Shown: positions 62,224-64,000 of the stretch, piece after piece
Layout: each line of letters begins with the position of its first letter
Position numbering within the stretch: the first letter of the stretch is position 1
NCBI GenBank assembly: GCA_963555755.3
Contig: OY820905.2
Span: 2,208,001-2,272,000, forward strand
Length of the DNA: 64,000 nt
Direction: 5' to 3'
DNA from: Nitrospirales bacterium
Lineage (GTDB): Bacteria > Nitrospirota > Nitrospiria > Nitrospirales > UBA8639
Made by a program: the position numbers and the translations under genes
Notes under the pieces: generated by a model
Databases searched by the model: none
Told to the model about the DNA's origin: nothing
What the model saw: the letters and a program-made list of their open reading frames with translations, nothing else

Positions 62224-63099
62224 CTAAAACAATCCATACAGGTCGTATTCATAAACAGGCTCTTTCATCACGACCCGACCGATTCCGATGCATTGTAGTC
62301 GGTTGACCCATAAGTACTTGGGGTGAGCGGTGATCATTCGTGGGGTTGTCCTTGTGGGTGGCGTCGGTGGCCACTTTTTCTTCAGAAAGTTTTCGTATCC
62401 GTTCTCACCCAATTCGAAGTAACCCGGGTAGTGGATAAAGATCATTGCCCCATCTCCGGTCTCCAGGGTGGCACGCACATCCATGAGCCCAACCCCGTCC
62501 CGCCGAATGGTCATCCAGTCACCGCCTTCGTGATTTATCTTTCCATTGAGCTTTGTTCCGGTAACCTCACCACTGCTTATGTACCAATTGACCTTAATGC
62601 CCTCCGGAGTCTCTCCGATGATCTCTGGGTCACCGCCGCCAAGATGAATCGTAAAATGGCAAAGGTATTCGAGGCTGAACGGCAAACGTCCTTCAAGCAG
62701 ATTTGGTTGAGATGCCGCGTCCAGGATAGGGGTAGGCGCGGCGGCCCGTGGGACTTCAAATTGACGGTTCAGACCCGTCACAGCACATGGGTCCGGAACT
62801 CGGCGCCCGCTATTTTCGCCGATGACGGTATACTCGACCTTCGACCCAGGAAGGAGCCTCGGAAAGGATACTTTGAAGTACTGTCGCCCGGCACCCTGTT
62901 CAGTTCGCAACAGGGTTGCGCGGACGGTGCGCTCGAAACCTCCATCGACACGATACAGTACACTTACCGTATTGCTTGGATTCGCAGGAGAGACACCTGC
63001 TATTACACTGAGGTTATCGGCGGAATCCACAACCCCATCGGGCGCGGGGGTGTCCTCTGTGCCATACCATAGTGTGAGCCCCTCGTGGGTGTAACGCAT
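62224..63099 (-). CDS. DUF3237-domain protein with N-terminal Ig-like domain
   Basis: IGETPEG, GGDWMTIRRDG..MDVRATLETGDGAMIF, YLWVNR. Confidence 0.8.
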   Translation of the reverse strand: MRYTHEGLTLWYGTEDTPAPDGVVDSADNLSVIAGVSPANPSNTVSVLYRVDGGFERTVRATLLRTEQGAGRQYFKVSFPRLLPGSKVEYTVIGENSGRRVPDPCAVTGLNRQFEVPRAAAPTPILDAASQPNLLEGRLPFSLEYLCHFTIHLGGGDPEIIGETPEGIKVNWYISSGEVTGTKLNGKINHEGGDWMTIRRDGVGLMDVRATLETGDGAMIFIHYPGYFELGENGYENFLKKKWPPTPPTRTTPRMITAHPKYLWVNRLQCIGIGRVVMKEPVYEYDLYGLF

Positions 63100-63188
63100 C
63101 GCCCTTTCCCCTCTCGGCTAAGGTCCGTTGACCCGCAAGACCCGCAGGCCCTCATTGCTTGATCACCCTGCCCTTTGGTTTTTGTGTA

Positions 63189-64000
63189 TCATGGCGATTC
63201 TCTCAACTCCTCGATCAGTGCGAGCGCATCAACAAGGTCAACCATTTTCTTTCCTTTTTCTTCTCTAACTTCTTGTTTAACTTCTTTTTTTAAGGAGTGG
63301 TAAAGCTTCTGAGCTTCTTGTTTAACTTCTTTTTTTAAGGAGTTGTAAAGCTTCTCGAGGATCTGGAGCGCCTCTTGCTGTTTCCTCTGCAGTTTCGACA
63401 GCCGGACTAAACCTACTGCCGCTCGGATCCCCAGCATGAGAGCTTTCTGATTACTTGCGGTTGACAACGCCCTTTTGAAATAGTCTTCGGCTTTGGTAAA
63501 ATCGGGAGCTGCATTCTCTGTTCGAGCCTCAGCTTCGGCACGTTGTTTTAAAATCTCTGCCTTGAGGCGATAGAGCTCAGGTTCCATGAAATGCTCGTTT
63601 CGGTCGGGGTCGGTGGCCTCGCGGATTCCTTCGTCCAGTGCATCGAGTGCGTCTTGGGTTCGACCCGCCATCCACAGAACCTCTCCACGCATTGTCATCA
63701 TGTCAGGCAGGCAAATCTTAGTACCGGTGGGTCGAAACTTTTCAAGCCCCCTTTCGATCTCGTCAATCCCTTCCTCGATTCGGCCCTTCTTGGCTATTGC
63801 CCAACCGTGGTAGATCAGGGCGATCGTATCCCAAAGTTGAAAAACCTCCTTTTCGGCAAGCTCCAGCACTTTGGCTGATGCATTCTCTACCCACTCAAAG
63901 TTACGGGCGGAATGGTAGGCAAAGCAGCCGATACCATATGCGAAGGCAATACTGGGCGGATGTCCGAGCTCTTCAGCGAGGGCTACAGCCTTTTCGATCT
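63189..64000 (-). CDS. C-terminal TPR region of a large STAND ATPase/adenylate cyclase-type signalling protein (runs off the window)
   Basis: ALAEELGHP, HGWA, EPELYRLKAEIL, AEDYFKRAL..A..QKA...IRAA; 15-aa tandem duplication near the end. Confidence 0.8.
   Translation of the reverse strand, partial: IEKAVALAEELGHPPSIAFAYGIGCFAYHSARNFEWVENASAKVLELAEKEVFQLWDTIALIYHGWAIAKKGRIEEGIDEIERGLEKFRPTGTKICLPDMMTMRGEVLWMAGRTQDALDALDEGIREATDPDRNEHFMEPELYRLKAEILKQRAEAEARTENAAPDFTKAEDYFKRALSTASNQKALMLGIRAAVGLVRLSKLQRKQQEALQILEKLYNSLKKEVKQEAQKLYHSLKKEVKQEVREEKGKKMVDLVDALALIEELRESP

Overview
Bacterial chromosome segment, most likely a Nitrospirales/Nitrospira-like organism (inferred from protein families and gene order; not verified). 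Core genes are mreB, an M23 peptidase, a ParC/GyrA-type topoisomerase, tRNA-His, pyrF, rpsT, holA, lptE and leuS. Three accessory regions interrupt them. (1) About 8.9-28.7 kb is a decayed tandem island array at tRNA-His: att copies, integrase and excisionase remnants, IS30, IS1634, IS3, IS5 and IS91 pieces, a truncated nirK, a split outer-membrane protein, a PEP-CTERM gene, and a group II twintron whose RT-encoding inner intron sits in domain V of an ORF-deleted outer intron that is itself inserted in a REP-like terminus. (2) About 36-55 kb holds a broken sigma54 regulator, a PRTase+SLOG pair, a cusCBA-type efflux system, mer remnants and a RAYT remnant. (3) About 56.8-64 kb is a same-strand cluster: STAND/TPR protein, DUF3237 fusion, Family 1-type encapsulin shell, Lys-rich protein, carotenoid/hopanoid-type FAD oxidoreductase and polyprenyl synthase. 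This is the best candidate for an undescribed system. At least six families of short non-autonomous repeats (MITE/REPIN-like) occur throughout, some nested inside each other. All calls come from reading motifs by eye; no searches were run.
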